Source: Squalus acanthias
Taxonomy: Eukaryota
Reading direction: 5' to 3'
Assembly: GCA_030390025.1 (NCBI GenBank)
Contig: CM059432.1
Location: 131,876,001 to 131,940,000 of the forward strand
Length of the DNA: 64,000 bases
Of this stretch, positions 1 to 12,125 are shown one piece after another. Within the stretch, counting starts at the first letter, position 1. Every line of letters starts with the position of its first letter. The translations under genes were made by a program, and so were the position numbers. The notes under the pieces were generated by a model. That model was not told the origin of the DNA, did no database searches, and saw only the letters and a program-made list of their open reading frames with translations.

Positions 1-540
1 TGCAAATGGCACATTCCAATAGTGCTTTTTTCAGTGTAGAAATAAACCAATTTCCCCCAGGGAATCCTAAAACAGGCATTCGGCCCCTCATTAGCATATG
101 CAAGGAGTCATTATGCATTAATAATGAAGCTCTCACACACTCCGTGCAAGGGCTAAGGATACCATCAGCGAATGCACGACTGGAAATGGCGTGCGGCACA
201 TTATGAGTTCAACTTCAGTAATCATAATTTTCCACATGCGTGATCACTGCTGGCAGAACTGTTTCCACCGAGTGGGATTTCTATTCTTCAACAGGCGAGG
301 AAAACCAGATTCATAAAGCAGATGTTCCTTTTTCCTGAACTCAGTAGCAGTTGCAGCAAAATTGAACACTTCCGAAAAGTAAGTGGAGCGCAGAGTGTGA
401 AATCCCTGAAGAACTACTGCTTTCCTGTGACTCCCCTCCCCCATTAATATTCAGTTTCAGTGTAATTGTGGATCTTCAGCAGAAGTTTACTAAATATTAT
501 AACTGTGGGTCCTCAGCAATATCGCTGCAATTGTAATCCC

Positions 541-3353
541 TGTCCCGAGTCCCAACGGGCGACAAGCTGATCCTCCTTGGCAACTTTAACGCCAGAGTTG
601 GAAAGGACATAGACCTCTGGAGAGGTGTGATCGGCAGAGAGGGGGTAGGGAAAGCCAACTCCAACGGTACCTTCCTCCTGACGAAATGCTTAGAACATGG
701 CCTTGTCATAACCAACACCTTGTTCCGTCAGAGAGACAAGTACAAGGCTTCATGGCAGCACCCTCGCTCCAAGCACTGGCATCTGCTGGACTACGTCATC
801 GTCCGAGCGAGGGACCACAAGGACGTCCGCATCACCCGCGCCATGACAGGAGCTGACGGCTGCTGGACAGACCACCGCCTAATCCGCTCTGTCATCTCCA
901 TCAATGTAGCCCCAAAACAGCGGCGACAACGCCGCAGGAAAATCAACGCTGGAGCACTCAAGGACCCCGCTAAGAAAGCCCTATTCAGCCTGCGCCTCAC
1001 AAACAACCTGACGACTCCCAGTGATGCAGAGACAGAGTGTCCACAGCGCCTGGTCTGCACTCAAGGCCTCCATAATCAGCACCTGTGAAGGGACGCTCGG
1101 TCACTCGACCAGGAAACACCAAGACTGGTTCGACGAGAACAACCAGGAGATCCAGGAGCTAATAAGCCACAAGCGCAAGGAATTCCTGATCTGGAAACAG
1201 CAACAGAACTCGAGAGTCAGAAAGCAGCTCTACAGACGCCTGAAGGCCGAGGTCCAACAAAAAACTCGCGACCTAAAGAACAGATGGTGGGTGGAGAAAG
1301 CGCAGGAGATCCAGCAGCTAGCCGACAACCACGACGTGCGTGGATTCTTTAGCGTAGTCAAGACCGCCTACGGCCCAAGCACCCAAGGTCCTACCCCACT
1401 GCGGGCCAAGAACGGAGAGGTGCTCATCAAGGACAGGGAGGTAGTCAGTGCCCGCTGGAAGGAGCACTTCGAAGATCTCCTTAACCGAGACTCTGTCTTC
1501 AACGCGAGTGTCCTCAACTCCATCCCGCAGCATGCTACCCGTCACCATCTTAGCACAACCCCAGCCCGGCATGAGGTTGAAAAGGCCATCCGACAACTGA
1601 AGAACAACAAGGCCTCAGGAGCAGATGGAATCCCCGCCGAGGCACTAAAGCATGGCGGAGAAGCACTACTGGCGTGAATTCATGAACTCATTTCTCTTAT
1701 CTAGAAGGAAGGAGCAGAGCATGCCAGGGGATCTCAGAGACGCCGTAATTGTGACCATCTTCAAGAATGGTGACAAGTCCGATTGCGGTAATTACAGAGG
1801 AGTTTCCCTGCTGTCTGCCACAGGGAAAGTCATCGCAAGAATCCTCCTCAATCGCCTTCTCCCAATGGCTAAAGAGCTCCTCCCAGAGCGCAATGCGGAT
1901 TCCGCCCACTAAGGGGCACAATGGACATGATCTTCACCGCGTCCCAATTACAAGAGAAATGCAGGGAACAGCACCGACCGCTGTACATGGCCTTCTTTGA
2001 CCTCACAAAGGCCTTCGACACTGTCAACCGTGAGGGATTATGGAGTGTCCTCCTCAAATTCGGCTGCTCTCAAAAGTTTGTCACCATCCTCCGCCTGCTT
2101 CACAACGACATGCAAGCCGTGATCCTGACCAACGGTTTCACCACAGACCCAATTCACATACGGACCGGGGTCAAGCAAGGCTGTGTCATCGCACCAACGC
2201 TCTTCTCGATCTTCCTTGCTGCAATGCTCCATCTCACCCTCAGTAAGCTCCCCGCTGGAGTGGAGCTAATTTACAGAACAAATGGGAAAATGTTCAACCT
2301 CCGTCGCCTCCAGTCCAGATTAAAGGTCGTCCCATCCTCTGTCGTCGAATTACAGTATGCAGACGACGCTATTGTCTGCGCACACTCGGAGGTCGAACTC
2401 CAAACCATCATCAACACCTTCACCGAAGCGTACGAGAGCATGGGCCTTACACTAAACATCCGTAAGACAAAGGTCCTCTACCAACCTGCCCCCGCCACAC
2501 AGTACTGCCCCCTGATTATCAAAATCCACGACAAGGCCTTGGACAACGTGGACCACTTTCCATATCTCGGGAGCCTACTGTCAACAAGGGCAGACGTCGA
2601 TGACGAAGTCCAACACCGCCTTCAGTGTGCCAGTGCAGCCTTCGGTTGCCTGAAGAAGAACGTGTTTGAAGACCAGGACCTCAAACCCAGCACCAAGCTC
2701 ATGGTCTACAGAGCAGTAGTAATACCCGCTCTCCTGTATGCCTCAGAGACATGGACCATGTACAGCAGGCACCTCAAAGCACTGGAGAGGTACCACCAAC
2801 GGTGCCTCCGCAAGATCCTGCAAATCCATTGGCAGGATAGGCGCACCAATGTCCGTGTTCTCGCTCAGGCCAACATCCCCAGCATCGAAGCTTTGACCAC
2901 GCTCGATCATCTCCGATGGATGGGTCACATCGCCCGCATGCCCGATACGAGACTCCCAAAACAAGCGCTCTACTCGGAGCTCCGACACGGCAAGAGAGCC
3001 CCAGGTGGGCAGAGGAAACACTTCAAGCACACCCTCAAAGCCTCCTTGGAAAAAGTGCAACATCCCCACCGACACCTGGGAATCCCTGGCCCAAGACCGC
3101 ACAAAGTGGAGGAGAAGCATCCGGGAAGGCGCCAAACACCTCGAGTCTCTTCGCCGGGAGCAAGCGGAAGCCAAGCGCAAGGAGCGCACGTCAACCCAAG
3201 CACCCCACCCACCCGTCCCTTCAACCACCGTCTGCCCCACCTGTGACAGAGACTGTAGGTCCCGCATTGGACTCATCAGTCACCTGAGAACTCATTTTTA
3301 ATGTGGAAGCAAGTCATCCTCGGTTCCGAGGGACTGCCTAAGAAGTAAGAAGA
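541..3353 (+). mobile_element. RTE-clade non-LTR retrotransposon, 5'-truncated, ORF disrupted
   Basis: APE C-terminal motifs (WQHPRSKHWHLLDY, TDHRL; ORF 627-1088). RT (FDLTKAFD, GVKQGC, LQYADD; ORF 1921-3246). C-terminal C2H2 finger CPTC..HLRTH (ORF 3005-3301). Short 3'UTR ending in an AAG-rich tail. Several stops and frameshifts. Confidence 0.9.
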
Positions 3354-5971
3354 AATTATAAAGTGCGTGAATACAGAGTGGAGCAAGTGGATCACTCAAC
3401 CTTGCGGGAAACTCTTGATTCTTCAACTGCCTCAGCTGAAGGCCAGTGCAAATATACAGTGTTGGCTAACGAGGCCACACTGGTAGAAGCTGCGGAGGAG
3501 TCTGTAATTCACCAGCAAGCTGAAGGAAGGATGTACGTCTGCCAGAAGAACAGCCAAATAGAACAAATCGTGGGATGTGGGTTGCAACCAAGAATGCCAG
3601 ACTGCACAAAATGAGTACGTTTAATCATCTTTGTAAGTAACTGCTTTTAAGCCAGGTATTTGAAAATGAAGCAGATAAAACTTTTATTGCAAATGGGATT
3701 CGGGAATCTGTATGACAGCTGTACTTCAGTAATAGTAAAGGTCTGAACTATCCAATCAGAACTTGGATATCCCCGATTCATTGCTGAAAGGTCCATTGTT
3801 ATCCAATCAATTATAAAGCTTTTAAAGCAAAGAATAAACATCATATACATGAATTACATATTTTGGTTTAGCAGCATAATGTATTACAGTAAAAGTTAGA
3901 TTTAATTGAAACTGGATGAAATTGCTGAGATTGTAATTTTGAATGTTTTCTTAAGTAATTCAAGTACAAACTTAAGAATACAATTCAGAAGCTGTAGCTG
4001 AAACGATGACCTTAAAGTAGCAGCAGATGATATCTTATAATATATACACTACTATCCCAATTTGTCCAGTGTAATGTGTATTAGAGGCTTTGATGGGTCG
4101 AATGGCCTTTAAGCATTCCTTATGTTCTTGCTGCACAATTTAGCTTGGTTTTCCATTGTTTCTGTTGGCATAACCTATTATCCTTTAAGTTATGACACAA
4201 AGTCATCTCACCTATTACCCTATTATTTGGTTAGATTTGGGAGAGAAGAGCTGAACACTAGGCATCAAATTGTAGATTGCCTAAAGCCTTGATAAAGCAG
4301 TAGGTAGCAAAAGTTAGAATAGTATTTCTGAAAGGACGAGTGTTTGATTTAGCCTAAACTGTTTTGAGATGAATGTGAAGCAGATGTTTCTAATGATCAG
4401 ATGTTAAACTGGAAATAGACAGACAAAGAATTCTTTGTTGTGTACACACTGTAAAACATTATTGGATTCATAAAAATATGGACTTCTAGTGCAAGATATT
4501 GTTCATTTGCCAAGATCAATGTTTTTATTCTATCAAGAAAAGTTAAGCCATATTCAGATGTGACCTAAAAAAAATCTGTGCAATAACTGAACACTTTTTA
4601 TATCTGAAAAAATATACTTATTTCATAACCATTGGCAAAATAAGGCTTCTGAACTGCTGAACTGCCTTTATTACACTTGACAGCTCCAATGCATCCATCA
4701 GTATAGTTATTCTCTACTTGGTAGAACTGTGTGATGTGTTTGTAGAAAATTAATGAGAACTGTCCACAGTTCACCTCATTCATACTGTTCTACTTTTGTA
4801 GAGGGGATTTTTTCTAGGCAGCAGGGAAAGAATTAGTTTCATATGCCAGAGTTCAACAGTCAAACGATAGAATAATCCATAAGTCTAGTAAATTGTATTC
4901 TTTGCATATGTTCCTGTTTATAATTTAAACTATTACAAGTTACTCCACTTGGCTTTGTCCATGGGTGGTGCGGAGGGTGTACGGTACGTGGGCAGGTTCT
5001 TGCCAAATTGGAAGACATCCTGTTGGCCTGCAGTGCTTCATTGGGGTTGTACACGTGGTGCTACAATTGGCTACCTGGAGTCGTCGAGGATGCAGTGCAG
5101 CAGCAGAAGGAGCAGCTAAAAGATGGCAACCGAAAAGGGCAGTGTGGGGGTGGTGGGGGGGAGTGGGGGGGGGCAGGCGGTAATTGAGTTTCTGAAGAGG
5201 GAGCATTAGATGAGGAGTGGCACAAAGAAGGGAAGGGCAATTGTTGATCGGTGCAAAAAAATGGAAGCTCACTGCATGATTTGAGAGACGTGGCTTGTAC
5301 AACAACAGCAACAACATGCATTTATATAATGCCTTTAATGTAATAAAACATCCAAGGCGATTGGTTGCTTGAGTGTGATGTGGGGCTGCTAGAATCTGAG
5401 GAACCATATACCAGCATCAGTTGTACCAGGACAGTAAAGGCAAGGAGGTGGGGAAATCAGAGGGTTAAAACGAAGGGAAGCAAGTCTTCATATTTGGTTA
5501 AATACTTCATTGGGATATCGAGACCACTGGTGAATGGATTCATTTTCAGAACTGCTTTGAAAATGTTGTGTGAAGTTAAATGTTGGAAAACGTGCGATCT
5601 CTGATAGGAGATAACCATGCCTTTTTTTCAAATGGAATAGTCAAACAGAATCATGCGGCAAGAATGTGTTCTATACCTAATACCACAGAGGATAACATTA
5701 ATCAATTTTGAATTGCACTAGAGAGCTTGTGGTTTGGCCTGTTGATTAAGAGTATTGGAGTGTATGCAATCGAGCATGCTCATTATGGAAAGGCATCAGC
5801 AACCACCATTTCCAGGGGTAGCTTGGGATATCTAGAGTGCAGAAAGCTATGGAACATTTTACTGTGAAAGCATCTAGCAAATCAGTATTGAAATCTACTG
5901 CATACAGTTGTGGGTGATGTTTTAATTTGCATTAAATATTGGACCTATTCTGTATAAATATGTAAATATAT

Positions 5972-7430
5972 GCAAATGTAACCCCACTATTTAAGAAAGG
6001 AGGGAGAGAGAAAACGGGGAACTACAGACCAGTTAGCCTGACATCAGTAGTAGGGAAAATGCTAGAATCTATTATTAAGGACGTGGTAACAGGGCACTTA
6101 GAAAAAAATAATAGGATTGGGCAGAGTCAACACGGATTTATGAAAGGGAAATCATGTTTGATGAATCTGTTAAGAGTTTTTTGAGGTTGTAACTAGCAGA
6201 ATAGATAAGGGGGAACCAGTGGATGCGGTGTATTTGGATTTTCAGAAGGCATTCGATAAGGTGCTACACAAGAGGTTATTAAACAAAATTAGGGCTCATG
6301 AGATTGGTGGTAATATACTAGCATGGATTAAGGATTGGTTAACTGACAGAGAACAGAGAGTAGGAATAAACGGGTCATTTTCAGGTTGGCAGGCTGTAAC
6401 TAGTGGGGTACTGCAAGGATCAGTGTTTGGGCCTCAGCTATTCACAATCTATATCAGTGATTTGGATGAGGGGACTAAATGTAATATATCCAAGTTTGCT
6501 GATGATACAAAGTTGGGTGGGAATGTAAGTTGTGAGGAGGATGCAAAGAGGCTTCAAGGGGATATAGATAAGCTAAGTTAGTGGGCAAGAACATGGCAAA
6601 TGGAATATAATGTGGAGAAATGTGAAGTTATCCACTTTGGTAGAAAAAATAGAAAAGCAGAGTATGTTTTAAATGGTGAGAGATTGGGAAATGTTGGTGG
6701 TCAGAGAGACCTGAGTGTCCTTGTACACGAATCACTGAAAGTTAACATGCAGGTACAGCAAGCAATTAGGAAAGCAAATGGTATGTTGGCCTTTATTACA
6801 AGAGGATTTGAGTACAAGAGTAAAGACGTCTTATTAAAATTATATAGGGCCTTGGTGAGACCACACCTGGAGTATCGTGTACAGTTTTGGTCTCCTTACC
6901 TAAGGAAGTATATACTTGCCATAGTGGGAGTGCAACAAAGGTTCACCAGACTGATTCCTGGGATGGGGGGATTGTCCTATGAGGAGAGATTGAGTAGACT
7001 AGGCCTATATTCTCTCGAGTTTAGAAGAATGAGAGGTGATCTCATTGAAACATACAAAATTCTTACATGGCTTGACAGGGTAGATGCAGGGAAGATGTTT
7101 CCCTTGGCTGGGGAGTCTAGAACCAGGGGTCACAGTCTCAGAATAAGGGGTCGGCCATTTAGGACTGAGATGAGGAGAGAATTTCTTCACTCAGAGGGTG
7201 GTGAATCTTTGGAATTCTCTACCCCAGAGGGCTGTGGAGGCTCAGTCGTTGAGTATATTCAAGGCAGAGATCAATAGATTTTTGGATATTAAGGGAATCA
7301 AGGGATATGGGGATAGTGCAGGAAAATGGAGTTGATGTAGGTCAGCCATGATCTTATTGAATGGCGGAGCAGGCTCGAGGGGCCAAATGGTCTACTCCTG
7401 CTCCTATTTCTTATGTTCCTATGTTCTTAT
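5972..7430 (+). mobile_element. CR1 LINE, 5'-truncated
   Basis: RT fragments (YLDFQKAFDKV, KFADDTKLGG, ALVRPHLEY; ORFs 6219-6581 and 6600-7277). CR1 3'UTR ending in (TTCTTATG)-like repeats. Confidence 0.92.
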
Positions 7431-8508
7431 ATTTTATGCCACAGTTTTATTAGTGACTATTTTAATTGGTAATTTTTACAAAGATGTTTCAGATGGTCTC
7501 GGTGTAGATATTCGCTGAGACTAGTGGTGGGTCACCTTAATTTCAACGCAATTTTAAAAAAAATTACACCTTTTCTTCCCATTCTTTCTCTGGTTATGTA
7601 TGCTACAATCAATGTCATAGTATGTGTGTTGCTTCATTTTGTAACAGATCTACCAACCTTTGAATCATTTTGAATTGTAACTGATGAAAACCACCACAGA
7701 TGAACACTACTTCTTGAACTGGGCAGTCTGTATGTTTTTAGAAATGTCTGAAGTACATGTCATGTCTCTCGGAAGTACCTACCAATCCATTATAAAAAGT
7801 GTTGGATTTAGGTTTTTCCAGAAACTCAAAATCAAAAGTTTTCTTTCTATCATATTTTTCTTCCCTCTCCAGTTCTATAACTTCCCCCTCCAGTTCTATA
7901 ACTTCCCCTCCTCTCCTGAACGTAGCGACTCGTGCTAGAGTTATATGTCCACAGGCAGCAGCAACCCTTCTATACAGGGTGTCAGGGCCAGCCTCACTCA
8001 GAAATTCCAAATGTAACGGTGCAGAGCAAATAGCAGCTGTCGGATGTGAATTTTAAAACAACTGAACAAAGTTTATTTACAACAGCATAGGCGGTTTCTC
8101 CCTAATATCAGTCCAGATGCAGACAAGAATTCTAGACTCGCCCTGGCGAACTGTGAGAGGAGTTGCTTTGTCCTGCAGTAGGCTTGATGTAAATGGGCGC
8201 AACTGTGCTCAATATTGGAATTTTCCCTGGTCACTGGGGATCAAAAGAAAAACTTTGACATTTAAATGATTTGGTAGTGGCTGCAGCCTAAGGGTACATG
8301 CATGTGTCTTTACTGACTATTCCAGGTGTTGACCACAGGAGGAATTGAGACACTTGTGCAAAGTAACCAACTTTGCTTCCAACTCTGTGTTTGGGGTCTA
8401 TTTTAGAACGTTTGTAAAAATCGTTTCTAGAATTCTGTCTAGTCTAAGTCCATTGGATTTGTTACCTCAAAATTGTTAAAAATATAAATACTGCTTTTGT
8501 TTCCAAAA

Positions 8509-9012
8509 CTTGGCTGCCCGTGTCCTAACTCGCACCAAGTCCCGTTCACCCATCACCCCTGTGCTCGCTGACCTACATTGGCTCCCGGTTAAACAACACC
8601 TCGACTTTAAAATTCTCATCCTTGTTTTCAAATCCCTCCATGGCCTCGCCCCTTCCTATCTCTGTAATCTCCTTCAGCCCCACAACCCCCCGAGATATCT
8701 GCGCTCCTCTAATTCTGCCCTCTTGAGCATCCCTGATTATAATCGCTCAACCATTGGTGGCCGTGCCTTCTGTTGCCTGGGCCCTAAGCTCTGGAATTCC
8801 CTGCCTAAACCTCTCCGCCTCACTACCTCTCTTTCCTCCTTTAAGACGCTCCTTAAAACCTACCTCTTTGACCAAGCTTTTGGTCACCTGCCCTAATTTC
8901 TCCTTATGTGGCTCGGTGTCAAATTTTTTGTCTTATAATACTCCTGTGAAGCGCCTTGGGATGTTTTACTATGTTAAAGGCGCTATATAAATACAAGTTG
9001 TTGTTGTTGTTG
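8509..9012 (+). mobile_element. L2 LINE 3' fragment
   Basis: ORF 8510-8896 is an L2 ORF2 C-terminus (ITPVLADLHWLPV, HGLAPSYL, SFKTLLKTYLF). 3' end aaaggcgctatataaatacaag + (TTG)n. Confidence 0.88.
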
Positions 9013-9065
9013 AACTATTGTTTATTTTCCATAAACAGTGTCTCACAAACATTTCTTTCCTCTAG

Positions 9066-9119
9066 GGAGAAAGTGGTAATCCAGGTTTGCCAGGGAGGGA
9101 TGGACACCGTGGACCATTG
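9066..9119 (+). CDS. Collagen triple-helix exon (54 nt, GESGNPGLPGRDGHRGPL); collagen alpha chain, best guess COL21A1-like
   Basis: Pyrimidine tract + AG (tttctttcctctag) ends at 9065. Six perfect Gly-X-Y triplets, phase 0, followed by GT donor (gtagga) at 9120. 54 nt is the classic collagen exon unit. The paralog assignment is from memory of a similar 54+45 exon pair and is not verified. Confidence 0.9.
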
Positions 9120-11819
9120 GTAGGACTACAGCATCTCTCATTCCTCACTGCTTAATTCCTCATTTGCTTTTTTTGTTCTCCCCTTCACTCCCTCCTCTGC
9201 TCTCTTGCAGGCAGTGATTACTTTTGTAACACTGTTCCACTGGTGTCAGCAGCTCTCCAGTACCTTGCCTAAATGGTCATTCTTCATGTTTGAGCCTATA
9301 TAGTGTCAGAGGGCTAGTTGATTATGGGGAGGGGTGTCGGCATTGCCACCAAATTTTATCATGTATATTAAAGCAATCCACACAAATACTCTTCAGCAGG
9401 GGTCACTGATAGCAATCAAAAGCAGAAACTTTGACTGATTTGTCTCCAGCCCAAGCCAATCGTCCCCCTTAATTACTGCTCCACTTGGGATCAGCTATCT
9501 CAGCACAGAACAGGAATAAAACTGGGACTTTTTTTTAATCTCTACGGTTTGTTACGATACTGGGTGGTGCATTTACGCAATAGACCATCGCAGGAGGAGA
9601 AATTTGATTTCTGATTTATATCTTAATTTGTAAGCTGCTATTCTTATTCCTGAATGGAGTTTGGTAAAAGGGTTAGATGTAAATCCATTATTTAGATTAA
9701 GAAACTGACAATTTAAAATGTCAACACAGACACAACCCATCTTAAAAACTCTTAAGAGATTTAAATTGTGCTCTTAGCTGCATTTATGGTTTCAATCCCT
9801 AGTTGGAAATTTGTTTTTCTTTAAATTTTAAAACTACCTTTTTTCAGTTAGCAGCAGAGAATCTATAATGAAGAAAGAAGTTTTAAATAATTTCTTTAAA
9901 AATATATTAATAGCAAATAAGGGATTTGAGCCCAGACAGGGAGCTGAAGTCCTTAGTCCAGGACATTACAGCAACTTAACCGTGTCTTCTTGATTTACCT
10001 CCTCTCTTTTCCTCCCCCACCCCCCAAGATTGACAATCATGCATTGTAGGCCTAGGCCTACACCTATACCCTCAGGGAAAATAAAATAGATAGATAGACA
10101 ACATTATTACCTGATCATCAGTTTATATTTTATATGGTCTTATACCTGTATTGTCACAATAATTCTCTCAGGACTGAACGATAATAATGAAAGAGGACCC
10201 AAATGATCGAATGAACTGCATGTGCTGAATTACCTATTCTTGCTTCTACATGTGTCAATCCTATGTTCTTGTGATGGTGTCATAATGCAGATCATTCCAT
10301 GCTGCTAAGCAAATTTGTCATAATTGATCGTTTCACATTGCGAATTTAACTGAGCAAATAACTTGTCTTGGCTACTACCCTAAAGGCACAATGTTAAAGT
10401 AATTATACAATTATCAACTTTGAAGTTGTGTTTTGAGTATTCCACAGAATGAGTTATCTGTAATTTGAATTGGCCTTTTTTATTTCTTTCAGTCTAATGG
10501 TTTAGCAGATGTTTATGGTATCAATGAGATATTCCAGTTGCTATCGTATAAAATAATTTTTTTCTACTTTTACATAATTGTTTTTTTGGAGCTGCTTGTT
10601 GGCACAATGAAATTTATGGACTGAAATAATTAATGATTGATGTTGTACGATAGAAAACAATGTAAGCCATATGCCCCATTTTAGGGGCTCTGCTAGGTAG
10701 TAATTGTCCGAAATTGGCATTTAATAATTATTTTAAAGTTTCCACAATAAGGTTTTCACACAGGATTCAACAAGTTTGCAGTGTTGGTGACATATATGAT
10801 GATGTACTGCAGGTGTACCAGAGCTCAGTGTTCATTCATATTGCTTGGATGGCATAGAGTAAGGGATCCCAATGCAATGAGTCCACTCGAGATCAATGGC
10901 AGTGTGTTAATAATGAGCAGATCAACTGGACATTTTTTTTCCCCAATTTCTGTTAAGTACTCCCTACTCTACCTGGCCTCTGATGTTGCCACTCTTCAAT
11001 CATCCGCTAGGGTTGTGCTTTCCCTTCTATTGGAGAAGCTCCACTAACTGTTGTGTGTTGTTCCTTCTAATGGGGAAGGTCTGCGTGTTGGTTTGGAGAA
11101 TCTTGGGTGCCCTACCACTTACCATTATGAATTTGTGTAGGTTAGCTGTGGAAGGGCAGGTCATTAAGGGGAAAGGGATCTCTTCAACTGATAACTGCAC
11201 TGTTGTCTGTACACAGCACATGGTCCTGACAAAAGGAGCAAATGGGAGTAAAAAATCATAACACGCAAAAGGTTCATCCGGTCTTTTTTATGACAGACTT
11301 AACATTTAATTTCCTGTGAATGAAAAACAAGCATTTGGGCCCTTTTTACTACAATAAACGATTGTCAAAGGCTTAACATCCAACATATTTGAATAGGAAG
11401 CTCAGAGAATTAATGTGAGTAAATATCTCATTTCTACTTAACATTGAAATTACTTACTTTAATAAGATAAATAACTCATAATGAGAACACTAATCTCTGT
11501 CTCGTATTCTGAAGAGTAACAGTGTGTACTTTCACACACGCTATTTAAACTGAATGGTGAACTTGGACTCCAGACGAGTAATTTTACAAAATTGCACTCC
11601 TGGCAGGGAGTGTTGCCAACCTGGAGTGTCTATTGGGATTTTAGGTGCACAGTCCCCACAATCGTCTGTCTACAGGCAGAAAATTGGGTGAACACACATC
11701 CGAATACCAACTATGTACTATTCACAGGCACAGCTCCCTGGCAGGATTGCGATTTCATAAAATTGTTTCTCATATATATGTTTGTATTCTCGTTTAAGCA
11801 CTTCTGATGTCAAATTTTA

Positions 11820-12115
11820 AAAAGAAGGAAAGAACTTGTATTTATGCAGCACCTTTCACAACCTCAGGACGTCTCAAAGTGCTTTACAACCAATGAAGTA
11901 CTTTTGAAGTGTAGTCACTGTTATAATGTAGGAAACACGGCAGCCAATTTGCGCACGGCAGGGTCCCGCAAACAGCAATGTGATAATGACCAGATAATCT
12001 GCTTTTATTGATATTGATTGAGAGATAACTATTGGACAGGATACCGGGGATAGCTCCCCTGCTCTTCTTCGAATAGTGCCATGGGATCTTTACGTCCACT
12101 TGAGGGGGAAGATGG
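11820..12115 (-). mobile_element. tRNA-derived DeuSINE/SacSINE1-like SINE, 3' part (split by the insertion at 12126-15310)
   Basis: Near-identical to 47481-47815 and carries an L2-like 3' tail. The sequence continues seamlessly at 15311. Confidence 0.75.
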
Positions 12116-12125
12116 GGGGGGGGGT

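Noticed and set aside
7862..7910. 21-bp tandem duplication (ctccagttctataacttcccc x2)
   Set aside because: Ordinary slippage duplication with no further structure.
9150..9600. Possible old tRNA-SINE-like remnant (similar piece near 36870-36985)
   Set aside because: Too degenerate to delimit or classify by eye.
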